A DNA stretch of 64,000 nucleotides from Ostreococcus lucimarinus (taxonomy: Eukaryota), in the NCBI GenBank assembly GCA_000092065.1, contig CP000589.1. One strand, 5' to 3'. Every line of letters begins with the position of its first letter. Position 1 is the stretch's first letter. The position numbers and the translations under genes were made by a program. Positions 37,901-46,782 of the stretch are shown here, one piece after another. The notes below the pieces were generated by a model. The model was given only the letters and a program-made list of their open reading frames with translations. It did not search any database and had not been told where the DNA came from.

Positions 37901-38902
37901 GACGACGCGGACGTCGGTCGTCTTCGCTAATCGCAGCGCTGTCTCGATATCTTGCTTTATCATCTCCCGATTCTCCGGCGAATTGTTCACCGGAGGCAAA
38001 ACCCAAACGAATAATTGCGGCGATAAGCTATCGCTAAACTCAGAGAATGCGAGCTCGTGCATGGGGATGACCGTGATCGGCGTATCCGGTCGAGCGTCGA
38101 CGACGCGGCCCGATTCCTCCATGCGCCGGACTAAAATCTGATGCAAGCGTAGCCCTTCCCAGTCGCGCGGTAAGCCGGCGAGCGTCATGTACGCGTTCGG
38201 TCTGAACATCGATAACAAAGGCGAGTACCTCGCTCTCTTCGTCGCTTGCATGAGCAGCATGTTGGAGATCATGTTATCGAAGAGGGCCTCGCCGCGTTGC
38301 GTGAGCTCGATATCCATCGTTTTATTGCTTCGAACGTTGTACAGAAACGTTGATTTTCGCGCGGATCCTTGCGTAAACGTCAAGAACTTCGACGCGCTCC
38401 TAGATTGACCGACTATGGCTCCCAGAACGGCGATGTTTCCGCGCATGCCCTCCATCGCCGACGCGCTCAACCAGTTCCACAGCGCCGGCGCGAACGAAGG
38501 CGTGAGCGCCTCCTTCGCCACCGGTTCGCGCCCACCGTACCATCGCGCCAGCACTTTCGGCGCGCTCAGCTCGGGTTCGTACGTCTTCTGCACCGCTAAT
38601 CTATGCTCCGTCATCTCGTTCCCCGTGAGTTCCGAACTCGCCACGTTTTCCCGCGTCCAGTCGTAATCTTGCGCCAACCAACCCTTCAGCAGTTTCGACC
38701 CCGGTCTCGGCGTCTCCAACCCGAGCTCGCGCGCGCGCTGCGACTCAAAACTAGACGACGCCGACGTGGAGTACACCCCGCGCGGCGTCCGATCGCGCGC
38801 GCTCGTCGACGCGTCGAGCCCCGAGCGCGCGCGCGCGTCGACGCCGCCCGCCGTCTCGCGTCCCAGTCCCACCGCCGCGCGCGCCGCGCGACGACGCAGC
38901 AT
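34937..38902 (-). CDS. protein kinase + KEN (IRE1/RNase L-type endoribonuclease) domain protein with ~800-aa unrecognised N-terminal region
   Basis: Kinase subdomains: GRGSLGTVVFKG, AAIKRI, EREIAIHKHL, HNDIKADN, LADLGLG, VDVWSFGCLM. C-terminal KEN-like block: DYSYGNRLFDLVRFARNMHEHPPLEAE...IVEAYIAHTFPDLPLFAHYLL (compare IRE1 Y..RFLRNKKHHYRELP...FP.LL.H.Y). No TM helix or signal peptide is evident; there are no ankyrin repeats. Confidence 0.85.
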   Translation of the reverse strand: MLRRRAARAAVGLGRETAGGVDARARSGLDASTSARDRTPRGVYSTSASSSFESQRARELGLETPRPGSKLLKGWLAQDYDWTRENVASSELTGNEMTEHRLAVQKTYEPELSAPKVLARWYGGREPVAKEALTPSFAPALWNWLSASAMEGMRGNIAVLGAIVGQSRSASKFLTFTQGSARKSTFLYNVRSNKTMDIELTQRGEALFDNMISNMLLMQATKRARYSPLLSMFRPNAYMTLAGLPRDWEGLRLHQILVRRMEESGRVVDARPDTPITVIPMHELAFSEFSDSLSPQLFVWVLPPVNNSPENREMIKQDIETALRLAKTTDVRVVVCGLEFAGHRGSNVPVGKQWEEYMSDLTDLTRAAAIEEHSARFIGQLDNIQKQWLNEWSHNGLTLPEVTKMMSAGELDKFGEMTSVRARKWFDEYTAPYLGKQHDSRWFLMNAIFGGLRFINRLRSRTRSFGDSIVETTQHTHRFLRGEMTDEEILEEERKLIAFHGTPEGKAKVFPPVTKIFDALREFRAAVRKADLRAELKALTARAREITDTRDDADVVKAEVLLREMWNAKGRMSEVHLPQIEPSVAAFSMQLGKLEQIAALGEMHRQAFLDTVNRINEFAGAPMPIEGGPQALEAQGVEMEELMNELSSRIQARLAGSALQVSHENMEELQEEDISTELMDALQMDAEDVDAAAKASKLGRARVLALGAARDLLHAAEDVDPVKLRERIAQAKDMGVDEDIVRSAETKLENLERQIQAFIRAHRITDSLLPAPTSGNDSDSDRWVNAGRNIWYNEAEILGRGSLGTVVFKGYYDEGAGNRVVRRDAAIKRIPLPPGERGDNMKSLIEREIAIHKHLNERSTRATHILGSKLDVDRGDGAIYTAMELCGESLATWLKNAGTAGGAPAISHVERMDAVRQLAQAVEDVHAAGVTHNDIKADNCLRSADGEFKLADLGLGVRLKDANKATDGNTYSLTTFEGYGVNIGLQGRPPEVLLNAPLTPKVDVWSFGCLMYTIMTGLQSPYKQERKMDSRNKSPTQELDLSASTALDVGFENQRIVKGKFSLQAIETAMLPSHTAVAARELLHRMLDPDPRERPTATEVCEHPALWDVEECMEAVREIFDRRIVNSLSEKDEADLAQTVWKGRPGQAERAAQSIRNWKSLVVPSLLVRADRYAQRTANMQQTWEDARAARAAEAASKTNSKRNRRRGGKRAADVVPPPRQNEPKDYSYGNRLFDLVRFARNMHEHPPLEAERAEMLRALGSNVAVLLRPEDTAADPWTSSRKIVEAYIAHTFPDLPLFAHYLLKRDVTGVDAANAGASAP

Positions 38903-39511
38903 CGCGCGCGCGCGCTCGATCGTTACCTACGCGTCGCCCCCCGCGCGTCTCTCCCGCGCGCCCGCCCCGCGCGCGCGCCGCGCCGCCGCCGTCGTCTCGC
39001 GCCAATCCGCCTCGAGCGTTCGGTCCGCGTCCGGCGCGACCGAACGCCGGCTCGAGATCGCCGGCGCGAGCGACGTCGAGCCCGCGTCGAGGTCTTCGCG
39101 TCGACGCGCGCCGACCGCGCGCGCTCGACGCCGCCGGCGCGCTGTGGGGCGGCGACGCGCGCGCGCGCGTGTTTCGTATGGCGTCAGTGAGGAGACGAAT
39201 TTCTGGAATTCGGCGCATTCGGAACGCCCATCGAATCACGTATAGTAAACCGGAGACGCGCGCCGAGGGTTCAGGCGCCGCGCGCGCGTCAGAAGGCCGC
39301 GCGCGCGACGCGACGCGACCGTCGAGCGCGCGGACGGTGGGAGCGTCACGTCGGTGGCCCTCGGCGAGGACGCGCGCGCGCGACGCGGCGAAGACGCGGC
39401 GCGCAGAGGGAGAATTCCCGAACGATTCGGTGACGTAGATCTGGCGCGAATTGTCGGTGGGAAATCGCGAAACCGGCGACGGGGCGCGCGGTGAGCGTCG
39501 ACGGTGACGAG

Positions 39512-41734
39512 ATGCCGGCGTGCGCGATGGGAAACGATGCCGCGGAGCCGTACGCGAGCGCCGCGGGACGCGCGACGCAGGAGGTGCGGAAAGCGAGCGA
39601 CGCGACGCGCGGGGGACGGGGAGAGATCAGAGGAGAGACGCCGGATTTGCCGCTGTCTTACGCTCGAAACGGCGGGACGTGCTCGACGAGCGATGACTCG
39701 AGGCCGAGTTCGAGGATGGCGATGGGCAAGGATGGGAATTCGCGCGCGAGCGGGGACGGGACGACGTCGGGAATGGAGGAAGAGCGCAGACGAGCGAGAG
39801 AGGCGACTCGCGCGTGGTTCTCGGAGCGCGCGGCGAACGGAGATCTGGAGCTCATGCGCGCGGAGTTACACTCGATGGGACAGAAGGAGTTACAGCGCAT
39901 GTTTGTCGAGATGTTTGACCGCGCGACGACGAGCAACAATAATCAGTGGTTGCGAAGACGAATCGCCAACGGGTTGGGCTTGGAGGACGTCGCCGAGCAC
40001 GTCGTGAGCTCGCAAGCCAAGTTGGCTTCGGCGACGAACGAACGCGTTCCATCGAAGAGACAAAGTGCGCGTCGCAATGCGGTGGAAACCGCGGCAGTAA
40101 CACCGGCGGCACAGGCGACGCCGAACACGCGGGGCGCGGAGTCCCCGGACGAGGCGGCGGAGTTCACCCCTGATGGCGTTCGCAAGTCTCGTCGAGCGGT
40201 GAAGCCGAAGGCGATATTTGATTCCGACGCGTTTCCTTCCGCGGCCAAGGTGAGTGAGGAGCGTAGGCGAGAACGAAAGCGACAAGAGGCATTGGAGCAG
40301 GCGGCGACGTGCGCGAGTGGTGTAACGACGGATCATCACGGCGGCAAGGCCGCCGTAGGACGCCGCGTGCGAGTGTACTGGCCTCTCGAAGGCAAGTTCT
40401 TTGCGGGTGTCGTCACTGCGTACAACGCGCGCACTGGCTTGCACCACATCGACTACGACGACGGCGACAAGGAAGAAATCAAGCTGGCGACGCCCGAACA
40501 GCCTCGCAAGTTTGAGGCCATCGAGCACCCGGCGTTGGCGTCGACGCCTTCTCCGGCGAGTGACTGGCCTGCACTTACGAATACTGTCGATTCATCGATA
40601 TCGTTGTCTATGCCGCAGCCGGGACGACCTGCTGATATTCTCAGTACGCTCCCGTCAAGCTGGCCGGCGGTGGGATCGCTTGTGTGGGGTCGGGTGCGCG
40701 GTCACGGCTGGTGGCCCGGAGCGGTGCACGACAAGGACGCGAGTCACGACATGCAAGAGATCAGTTTCTTCGACAACAGTAGGGCTCGACTTCACCGCCA
40801 CGACTTGTTGCCCTTTCAACAGTATTACATGGTGCTGCGCGACGCGAAAAAGACGCACGCGTACGCCGAGGCGGTTTCTCGAGCGGCGGAAACGTATGAA
40901 AGCCGACGGCAGCGAACGGTGAAGCGACGTTCGAAGAAGGAAGAGCAATCAAACGTCGAAGAGTCGAGTGAGCCGCCGAGAATATGGCATTTCGAACGCG
41001 AGGGGGCAAAGAAGTCGCACAAGCGGTCGAAAGACGTTGACGTCGACGACGCAGGCGCGGCGAAGCGAGGCAAAGTGAACGAACACTCGACGACGGTATT
41101 CGGTTCGATTGAAGCTCCGAAGACTCTGAACGATCTAAATAAGAGCTTGGAAGAGATGAAGGCCAAGATGTTACCGCTCGCGAAAGAGAGCCGAAAGACG
41201 CTCAACAAACATCTGGTAGACACCGCCAGAAAAGTGAAAACGGAGGCGGCTGACGACGACGAAGAGACACTGATCGCCGCCGATGAACGTGTCGTGGTGC
41301 TCGACGAGTTGGCGTCCATCGAATCCTTGATTGCGTGGAGCGAAAACAAAGCTGCGAAGTCGCCCGCCAAGACTCCCGATTTGTCCTTCATGACAAAACG
41401 CGGCGATGACATTTCACCCTCGGACCCGAAAGGGCTTCTACGACAACCGAGTGAAAACTTGTTGTGCTTGGGTGAGATTAGTGAGTTTTTCGACGGTACC
41501 GCGCGAGCGGATCCCTTGGGAATCGACGATCCAATTGTCGCCGATTTGGGCGCGGACGAAGTCGCCAAGATGACCGCGCCATCCACGCCCGAGCAACACG
41601 GCATCGAAGGCGAGGGCAGTCCGTTCGCAAAAAGCAACATGAGTGACTCGTGCACCACGCTTCACGCCTCTTACGGTGACAAAAAGATTAACGTCTCAGA
41701 GACGCCGGTGACGAAAGGAGCGCTCTCCGCCTGA
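39512..41734 (+). CDS. chromatin-reader-like protein with Tudor-like and PWWP domains
   Basis: Tudor-like block: VGRRVRVYWPLEGKFFAGVVTAYNARTGLHHIDYDDGDKEEIKLATPE. PWWP block: GSLVWGRVRGHGWWPGAVHDKD...ISFFDNSRARLHRHDLLPFQ. The ORF-track start at 39491 is GTG; the first ATG is 39512. Confidence 0.7.
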   Translation: MPACAMGNDAAEPYASAAGRATQEVRKASDATRGGRGEIRGETPDLPLSYARNGGTCSTSDDSRPSSRMAMGKDGNSRASGDGTTSGMEEERRRAREATRAWFSERAANGDLELMRAELHSMGQKELQRMFVEMFDRATTSNNNQWLRRRIANGLGLEDVAEHVVSSQAKLASATNERVPSKRQSARRNAVETAAVTPAAQATPNTRGAESPDEAAEFTPDGVRKSRRAVKPKAIFDSDAFPSAAKVSEERRRERKRQEALEQAATCASGVTTDHHGGKAAVGRRVRVYWPLEGKFFAGVVTAYNARTGLHHIDYDDGDKEEIKLATPEQPRKFEAIEHPALASTPSPASDWPALTNTVDSSISLSMPQPGRPADILSTLPSSWPAVGSLVWGRVRGHGWWPGAVHDKDASHDMQEISFFDNSRARLHRHDLLPFQQYYMVLRDAKKTHAYAEAVSRAAETYESRRQRTVKRRSKKEEQSNVEESSEPPRIWHFEREGAKKSHKRSKDVDVDDAGAAKRGKVNEHSTTVFGSIEAPKTLNDLNKSLEEMKAKMLPLAKESRKTLNKHLVDTARKVKTEAADDDEETLIAADERVVVLDELASIESLIAWSENKAAKSPAKTPDLSFMTKRGDDISPSDPKGLLRQPSENLLCLGEISEFFDGTARADPLGIDDPIVADLGADEVAKMTAPSTPEQHGIEGEGSPFAKSNMSDSCTTLHASYGDKKINVSETPVTKGALSA

Positions 41735-41939
41735 GCGTAGAGGCGATAGATTACACAACATTTTCCACCACCGTCCTCTTCGGTGGGTCCACTTTCGAAC
41801 GTACCCTATTTTGACATTTAATACTAAAAAGCCGTGTACACTAAAAGAACGAGCGCGCGAACCTGCGCACGCGCGACCTCTTCTCTCGCCTCACAGTCAG
41901 CCTCGGGCGCGCGAACGCGACCTTTTCGACCTCGTAAAC

Positions 41940-42617
41940 ATGCCCAAACGTTGGCTTCCGCTCGAAGCCAACCCAGAGGTGATGAACGCATTCGCCCGTC
42001 ACCTCGGTCTGAGCGACGACTTCGCGTTTCACGACATCTACGGCTTTGACGACGAACTGTTGGACTTTGTACCGCAGCCGTGCGTCGCCGTGTTGCTCCT
42101 GTTCCCCATCACCCCCGCCACGGAAGCGATCGAGGGCGAGCCGAAGCCCGAGACGAGCTCGAGCGGCGAGCCGTGGTTCGCGAGACAGACGGTGGGGAAC
42201 GCGTGCGGGACGATGGGGGTGCTGCACGCCGCGCTGAACGGCGCGGGCGCGACGAAGCCGGGGAGTTACTTTGAGCAGCTGCGAGCTCGCTGTGAGGGTT
42301 TGGACGCAGACGCGCGGGCGAAGATCATCGAAAGTGACGACGCTTTAGAAACCGCGCACGTGGGGGCGTCCGTGGAGGGTCAGTCGGAGGTGCCGCGCGA
42401 AGACGCCGAGGTGGATTTGCACTTTGTCGCGCTCGTCGAGGCGAACGGAGGAATATGGGAGCTCGATGGACGCAAACCGACCGGACCCGCGTACCACGGA
42501 CCGAGCTCGGATAAAGGTTTGTTGCGCGACTGCGTGCCCGTGATCAAAAAGTTCATGAACGCCGCGAACGGATCGATCCATTTCAACGCCATCGCGCTCG
42601 CGGCGAATCTCGGCTAG
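41940..42617 (+). CDS. ubiquitin C-terminal hydrolase (peptidase C12, UCH-L3-like)
   Basis: MPKRWLPLEANPEVMN...QTVGNACGTMGVLHA (catalytic Cys)...HFVALVE (catalytic His)...GGIWELDGRK. Start is set at the internal ATG preceded by taaaca. Confidence 0.9.
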   Translation: MPKRWLPLEANPEVMNAFARHLGLSDDFAFHDIYGFDDELLDFVPQPCVAVLLLFPITPATEAIEGEPKPETSSSGEPWFARQTVGNACGTMGVLHAALNGAGATKPGSYFEQLRARCEGLDADARAKIIESDDALETAHVGASVEGQSEVPREDAEVDLHFVALVEANGGIWELDGRKPTGPAYHGPSSDKGLLRDCVPVIKKFMNAANGSIHFNAIALAANLG

Positions 42618-42806
42618 CGAGCCGACGCGTCTCACCGAGCGCGCGTTGTACACTGAACTCTCGAATCGCACTACAACGTCGTCATCGCTCGCGTCGTTCG
42701 CATCGCGATCGCCGCGGATCGATCGCGCGAGAAACTATCTAGATCGCGACGCGTCGCCGTCTCCGACGCCGGCGCGTCGCCGTCTCGTCTTCGCCCCCTC
42801 GCGCGC

Positions 42807-43250
42807 TCAATATCTCGTCCCCTCCGCCGGTTGCGGCGCCCTTCGACACTCCGGTCGCATCATCGCGTGATACACCGCGTTCAGCGCGTCCTCGATCGAG
42901 TTATTCCTCTTCCACGCCTGCGCGACGCCCAGCGTCTTCAAATCCACCGTCCCGTCGCCCTTCACGAATGGCAGATTCACCTTCGTCTTAAATCGCATCT
43001 CCGGCGGTCTCTCCGGGTACGCGCTCCCGCACTCGATCGCGAGCTCCAGCACGCGCATGTCCAGCGTCGTTCCCGCGGGTCCGAGGATCGTCCCCGTCCA
43101 CGCGCGCATGTCCTCGTCCTCGTCCGCGTCCGCGAGTCCGTACGAGAGGTACGGCGGCAGGCCCGCGCCGCCCTTCTCGCCCTTCTCCAGCTCCTTCAGC
43201 AGCTTGAACGCGCGCGGCACGACGACGTCCTCCGAGGACGACCCGAACAT
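42807..43250 (-). CDS. ubiquitin-conjugating enzyme variant (UEV1/MMS2)
   Basis: Collinear with MMS2: VPRAFKLLKELEKGEKG...DMRAWTGTILGPAGTTLDMRVLELAIECGSAYPERPPEMRFKTKVN...QPAEGTRY. No catalytic Cys in the HPN region. Real ATG. Confidence 0.9.
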   Translation of the reverse strand: MFGSSSEDVVVPRAFKLLKELEKGEKGGAGLPPYLSYGLADADEDEDMRAWTGTILGPAGTTLDMRVLELAIECGSAYPERPPEMRFKTKVNLPFVKGDGTVDLKTLGVAQAWKRNNSIEDALNAVYHAMMRPECRRAPQPAEGTRY

Positions 43251-43532
43251 GGCGCTCGGCGCGCGTGGCGCGCGCGGCGCGCGGCGATGTGGCGATGTGG
43301 CGCGTCGTTTTCATCGACGCCGTCGCGTTCGCGCGCTCGCGGCGCGCGCGCGCGCTCGGCGATGTGGCGCGCGCGGCGTCGATCGCTCGATTGAATCACA
43401 ACGCGGCTAGTCGCGTCGAGTCGCGCGTCGTCGCTCGATCGCGCGCGTCGCGGTCGTCGATCTATCCGAACCGACGAATCTCAAGCTCGGCCGAGCGTCG
43501 CGTCTCGGTCGCGTCGCGCGCGCGCGCGACGC

Positions 43533-43754
43533 TCACTCGACGTTCGCGAACGCGCGCTGCGCGTCCTCGTACGCGCTGCCGACGCCGACGCCGACGCCGA
43601 AGGCGAGCGCGGCGACGCGCGCGCGCGGGCCGCGCAGAAAGATGAAGGCGCTCGCGCCGCCCGCGAGGGCGCCGTAGCACGCGCGACGCAGGCCCACGTC
43701 CACGGCGCGCTCGACGGCGACGTCGTACGGCACGCGCGCGTCGTCGTGCGCCAT
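43533..43754 (-). CDS. MICOS subunit Mic10-like small membrane protein
   Basis: 73 aa from the first ATG. Two TM segments with the Mic10 glycine motif: RACYGALAGGASAFIFL...PRARVAALAFGVGVGVGSAYEDAQRAF (compare MINOS1 RCLADAVVKIGTGFGLG...PLAFGSGMGLGMAYSNCQHDF). It lies in what the large ORFs leave as intergenic space. Confidence 0.6.
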   Translation of the reverse strand: MAHDDARVPYDVAVERAVDVGLRRACYGALAGGASAFIFLRGPRARVAALAFGVGVGVGSAYEDAQRAFANVE

Positions 43755-43810
43755 GGAGGCGAGCGCGGCGCGCTGTGCGGGCGGCACAACGCGACGCGGC
43801 GCCGCGATTC

Positions 43811-44458
43811 ATGGGGTGCGCGCAGAGCAAAACCGCGACGGCGCGGCGCGGGGACGTGCGCCTGGTCGACGACGACGACGCGACGACGACGACGACGGAG
43901 GTGCGCGTGAAACTGGTGCTGCTCGGCGCGAGCGGCGCCGGGAAGACGGCGCTGTCGACGCGATTCGTGCGCGGGACGTTTGACGGTGAAAACGCGAGCG
44001 CGACGGTCGGCGCGGCGTTCGCGTCGACGACGCGCGCGCTCGACGACGCGCGGGCGCGGATAAAGTTTGAAATATGGGACACCGCGGGACAGGAGCGATA
44101 CGCGAGCCTGGCGCCGCTGTATTATCGAGGCGCGACGGCGGCGATGATCGCGTTCGACGCGCGCGACGGCGCGAGCTTCGAACGCGCGAGGTATTGGGCG
44201 GAAGAACTGCGCAAGCACGGCGACGCGCGGTGTCGGGTGCTGTTGGTGGGGAATAAAATCGACGCGGTGCGCGACGACGAGCGAGCGACGGCGCGCGAGG
44301 CGTGCGAGGCGCTGGCGAGGGAGTACGGGATGGCGGCGTATCGCGAGACGAGCGCGAAGACGGGCGAGGGCGTTCAAGAGGCGTTCGAGGACGTCGCGCG
44401 CGCGGTGATGACGCGGGAAATGAGCGCGCGGGAAGACGCGACGGTGGTTGACGCGTGA
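43811..44458 (+). CDS. Rab5-family GTPase of the plant ARA6/RabF1 type (N-terminal MGC acylation motif, no C-terminal Cys)
   Basis: Starts MGCAQSK. G-box motifs: LLGASGAGKTAL, WDTAGQERYASLAPLYYRGA, LVGNKIDA, ETSAKT. Rab5-like effector region TVGAAFASTT. C-terminus TREMSAREDATVVDA has no cysteine. Start is set at the internal ATG. Confidence 0.85.
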   Translation: MGCAQSKTATARRGDVRLVDDDDATTTTTEVRVKLVLLGASGAGKTALSTRFVRGTFDGENASATVGAAFASTTRALDDARARIKFEIWDTAGQERYASLAPLYYRGATAAMIAFDARDGASFERARYWAEELRKHGDARCRVLLVGNKIDAVRDDERATAREACEALAREYGMAAYRETSAKTGEGVQEAFEDVARAVMTREMSAREDATVVDA

Positions 44459-44561
44459 GGCGACGCGCAGAGTGTAAAATATGACGATGTAATCGCGCGT
44501 CGCGTCGTCGCGCTTTTAGACGTCTAACCGTCGCCGCAGTTCGCGACGCCGCGGTCCGCGA

Positions 44562-45743
44562 ATGCTGCGCGTCGCTCGCGCCCGAGCGCCGCGCGCGCGC
44601 GTGAATGGCGCTCGCGCGCGTCGTCGCGCGCGCCGAAGCGCCGCGCGCCGCACCGAGGCGACGGGAAACGGTGGCGAACACGAACCGCCGCCGCCACCGG
44701 GCGGCGTCGTGTCCTTCGTCTTGTGCGCGCCCGAAGGACCTTTGAACGTCGGCGCGGCCGCGCGCGTGATTCAAAACTTTTCGTTGCCGAGCTCGCTTCG
44801 CGTCGTGCGTCCGAGCGCGAGCGTGCTGCGCGACGACGACGACGGCGCGTCGGCGCCGCGGTTGCACGAAGACGCGTACAAATTCGCGGTGCACGCGAAG
44901 TGGATGCTGGACGATTGCTGCGCGCGAGGAGAGAGCGTGCTCGAGGCGGTGGCCGAAGCATCGCTCGTCGTCGCCACGACGGCGCGTCCGCGGGAAAATT
45001 TACCGCTGTTGACGCTCGGCGCGGCGTGCGAGAAAATGCGAGACGAAATCGCTCGAGGCGGCAAGTGCGCGATTCTTTTCGGGAACGAACGCACCGGTTT
45101 GACGAACGAAGAGCTCGAGCTCGCTGAATTCGGTGTTTCCATACCGACTTCGGCGACGGTCGGAACGTCCGCGATGGCGCGTCGAAACAAGTATTCCGGC
45201 GGCGCGGGCGTCGACGGATCGCAGACGGCGACGTCGCTGAATCTCGGCATGGCGGTCGGCGTCGTGGCTTACGAGCTATTTTCACAAGTGCACGCGGTGC
45301 GAGAAGACGACGAGACAAAGTCCATCGGTGGGTTCAATCAACCGCATCGCTTGACCGTGGGCGAGCGCGCCGCGCTCATCGACGACGTCGTCGCGGCGCG
45401 GCGAGCCGTCGATGTCTTCGCCGACGTCGACGCCGAAGAGGACGTCATCTTTGCCGAAAAGGAACGTCGCGCCATCACGGCGGTATTATCTTCGGGACCG
45501 ATCGCGACGCGAGATGCGACGCCGATTTTCATGCTCGCGCGGCGCGCGCGCGCGCTCGCCCGGCTCGCGGACCCGAACGCGTTAGTCGCCGACGCGGCGC
45601 GCGCGTACGCGCGAGCCAACGGTGGCGCCGTGCCGAGCACCAAATCTCTCAACGCGTACATTCGCGAAACATTAGGCATCAGTCTCACGAAGCGCGAGCT
45701 CGAGCGCGCCGCAGCGTTGGTTCGCGACGACTTGCCGCCTTGA
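44562..45743 (+). CDS. SpoU/TrmH-family (SPOUT) RNA 2'-O-methyltransferase with N-terminal presequence
   Basis: VSFVLCAPEGPLNVGAAARVIQNFSL...ILFGNERTGLTNEEL...SLNLGMAVGVVAYELF matches TrmJ/TrmH motifs. Arg-rich leader. Real ATG at 44562. Confidence 0.8.
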   Translation: MLRVARARAPRARVNGARARRRARRSAARRTEATGNGGEHEPPPPPGGVVSFVLCAPEGPLNVGAAARVIQNFSLPSSLRVVRPSASVLRDDDDGASAPRLHEDAYKFAVHAKWMLDDCCARGESVLEAVAEASLVVATTARPRENLPLLTLGAACEKMRDEIARGGKCAILFGNERTGLTNEELELAEFGVSIPTSATVGTSAMARRNKYSGGAGVDGSQTATSLNLGMAVGVVAYELFSQVHAVREDDETKSIGGFNQPHRLTVGERAALIDDVVAARRAVDVFADVDAEEDVIFAEKERRAITAVLSSGPIATRDATPIFMLARRARALARLADPNALVADAARAYARANGGAVPSTKSLNAYIRETLGISLTKRELERAAALVRDDLPP

Positions 45744-45771
45744 GCGCCGCCGCGAGCCGCCACAGTTCACC

Positions 45772-46683
45772 ATGCGCGTCGGCCCCTCGTGCGCGCGCGC
45801 CGCGTCCAGCGCGAGCAGCGCGTCCAGCGCGTCGCGGTCGAGCGCAAGCAAGCAAGTGTTACGCCTGAAGCACCGCGGACGGGACGTGTTTTTGATCGGG
45901 ACGATGCACTACAACACGGCGAGCATCCGCCTGTGCGAGGAAACGGTGTCGACGCTCCGCCCGCGGCTCGGTGCCGTCGTCCTCGAGACGTGCCCGAAGC
46001 GGTGGGAGAAGACGCTGACGTATCAGCCCGCCGGGAGCGTCATGCGCTCGGTGTTGGATAACGAGTTTCAAAGCGCGGCTGAAGCCGCCGGGGACGACGC
46101 GGAGATCGTGCTCGGCGATCAAGAGATCGCGGCGCTCGGAGAAAACTTGGGACGGCTCGTCAAGGAGACCGCGTTTGATTTATTGTATCCGCCGCGCGCG
46201 TTTACGGGTGGGTGGAAGAGCTACGCGGACGACGTTCGCGAGGCGGTGGCGACGGAAATCGACGGCGGCGACGAGGGCGTCGACGCGATGGATCTGTTCG
46301 GCGACGGCAAGCTGTTGCTCAACGCCCCGGTGTCTTTGATAAGGTATCCCTTGGCGTGGCTTTTGAAGTCGCCCAAGTTGATTGTTCCGTTGGCGTCGTT
46401 TTGGTTGACAATCGCGGCTTTGCCCGGCGCGGTGGAGGCGCTACCGGAGGGCGCCGCGCAGTCGAGTGCCGAGACGCTCGTCACCGATTTGTTCTTGATG
46501 CTCGATTTCTTGCAGGTCACGCTGCTCTCGCGGTGCTTTTTGGTGGCGTTATTGCGCGATAGAAACGAGATATTGGCACGGAGCATCGCCGACGCGTGCG
46601 AGCGCGTTCCCGAGGGAAACGCCGTCGTCGCCGTGCTCGGCGCCGCACATCTCAACGGTGTGCGCCGTCGTCTCGTCGAGTAG
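45772..46683 (+). CDS. TraB/PrgY/GumN-family protein
   Basis: N-terminal DVFLIGTMHYNTASIRL...AVVLETCPKR and C-terminal VVAVLGAAHLNGVRRRL match the two conserved TraB-family blocks. Real ATG only 28 bp after the upstream gene's stop. Confidence 0.6.
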   Translation: MRVGPSCARAASSASSASSASRSSASKQVLRLKHRGRDVFLIGTMHYNTASIRLCEETVSTLRPRLGAVVLETCPKRWEKTLTYQPAGSVMRSVLDNEFQSAAEAAGDDAEIVLGDQEIAALGENLGRLVKETAFDLLYPPRAFTGGWKSYADDVREAVATEIDGGDEGVDAMDLFGDGKLLLNAPVSLIRYPLAWLLKSPKLIVPLASFWLTIAALPGAVEALPEGAAQSSAETLVTDLFLMLDFLQVTLLSRCFLVALLRDRNEILARSIADACERVPEGNAVVAVLGAAHLNGVRRRLVE

Positions 46684-46782
46684 TGCCGTCCCCATTTCGC
46701 CCGCAGTCGAGGCGTACGCGCCGATTTGTAGTTTATTGAATTTTAGTCGAAAAGATGCCCGCGACGCCCCGACCCTCACGTC

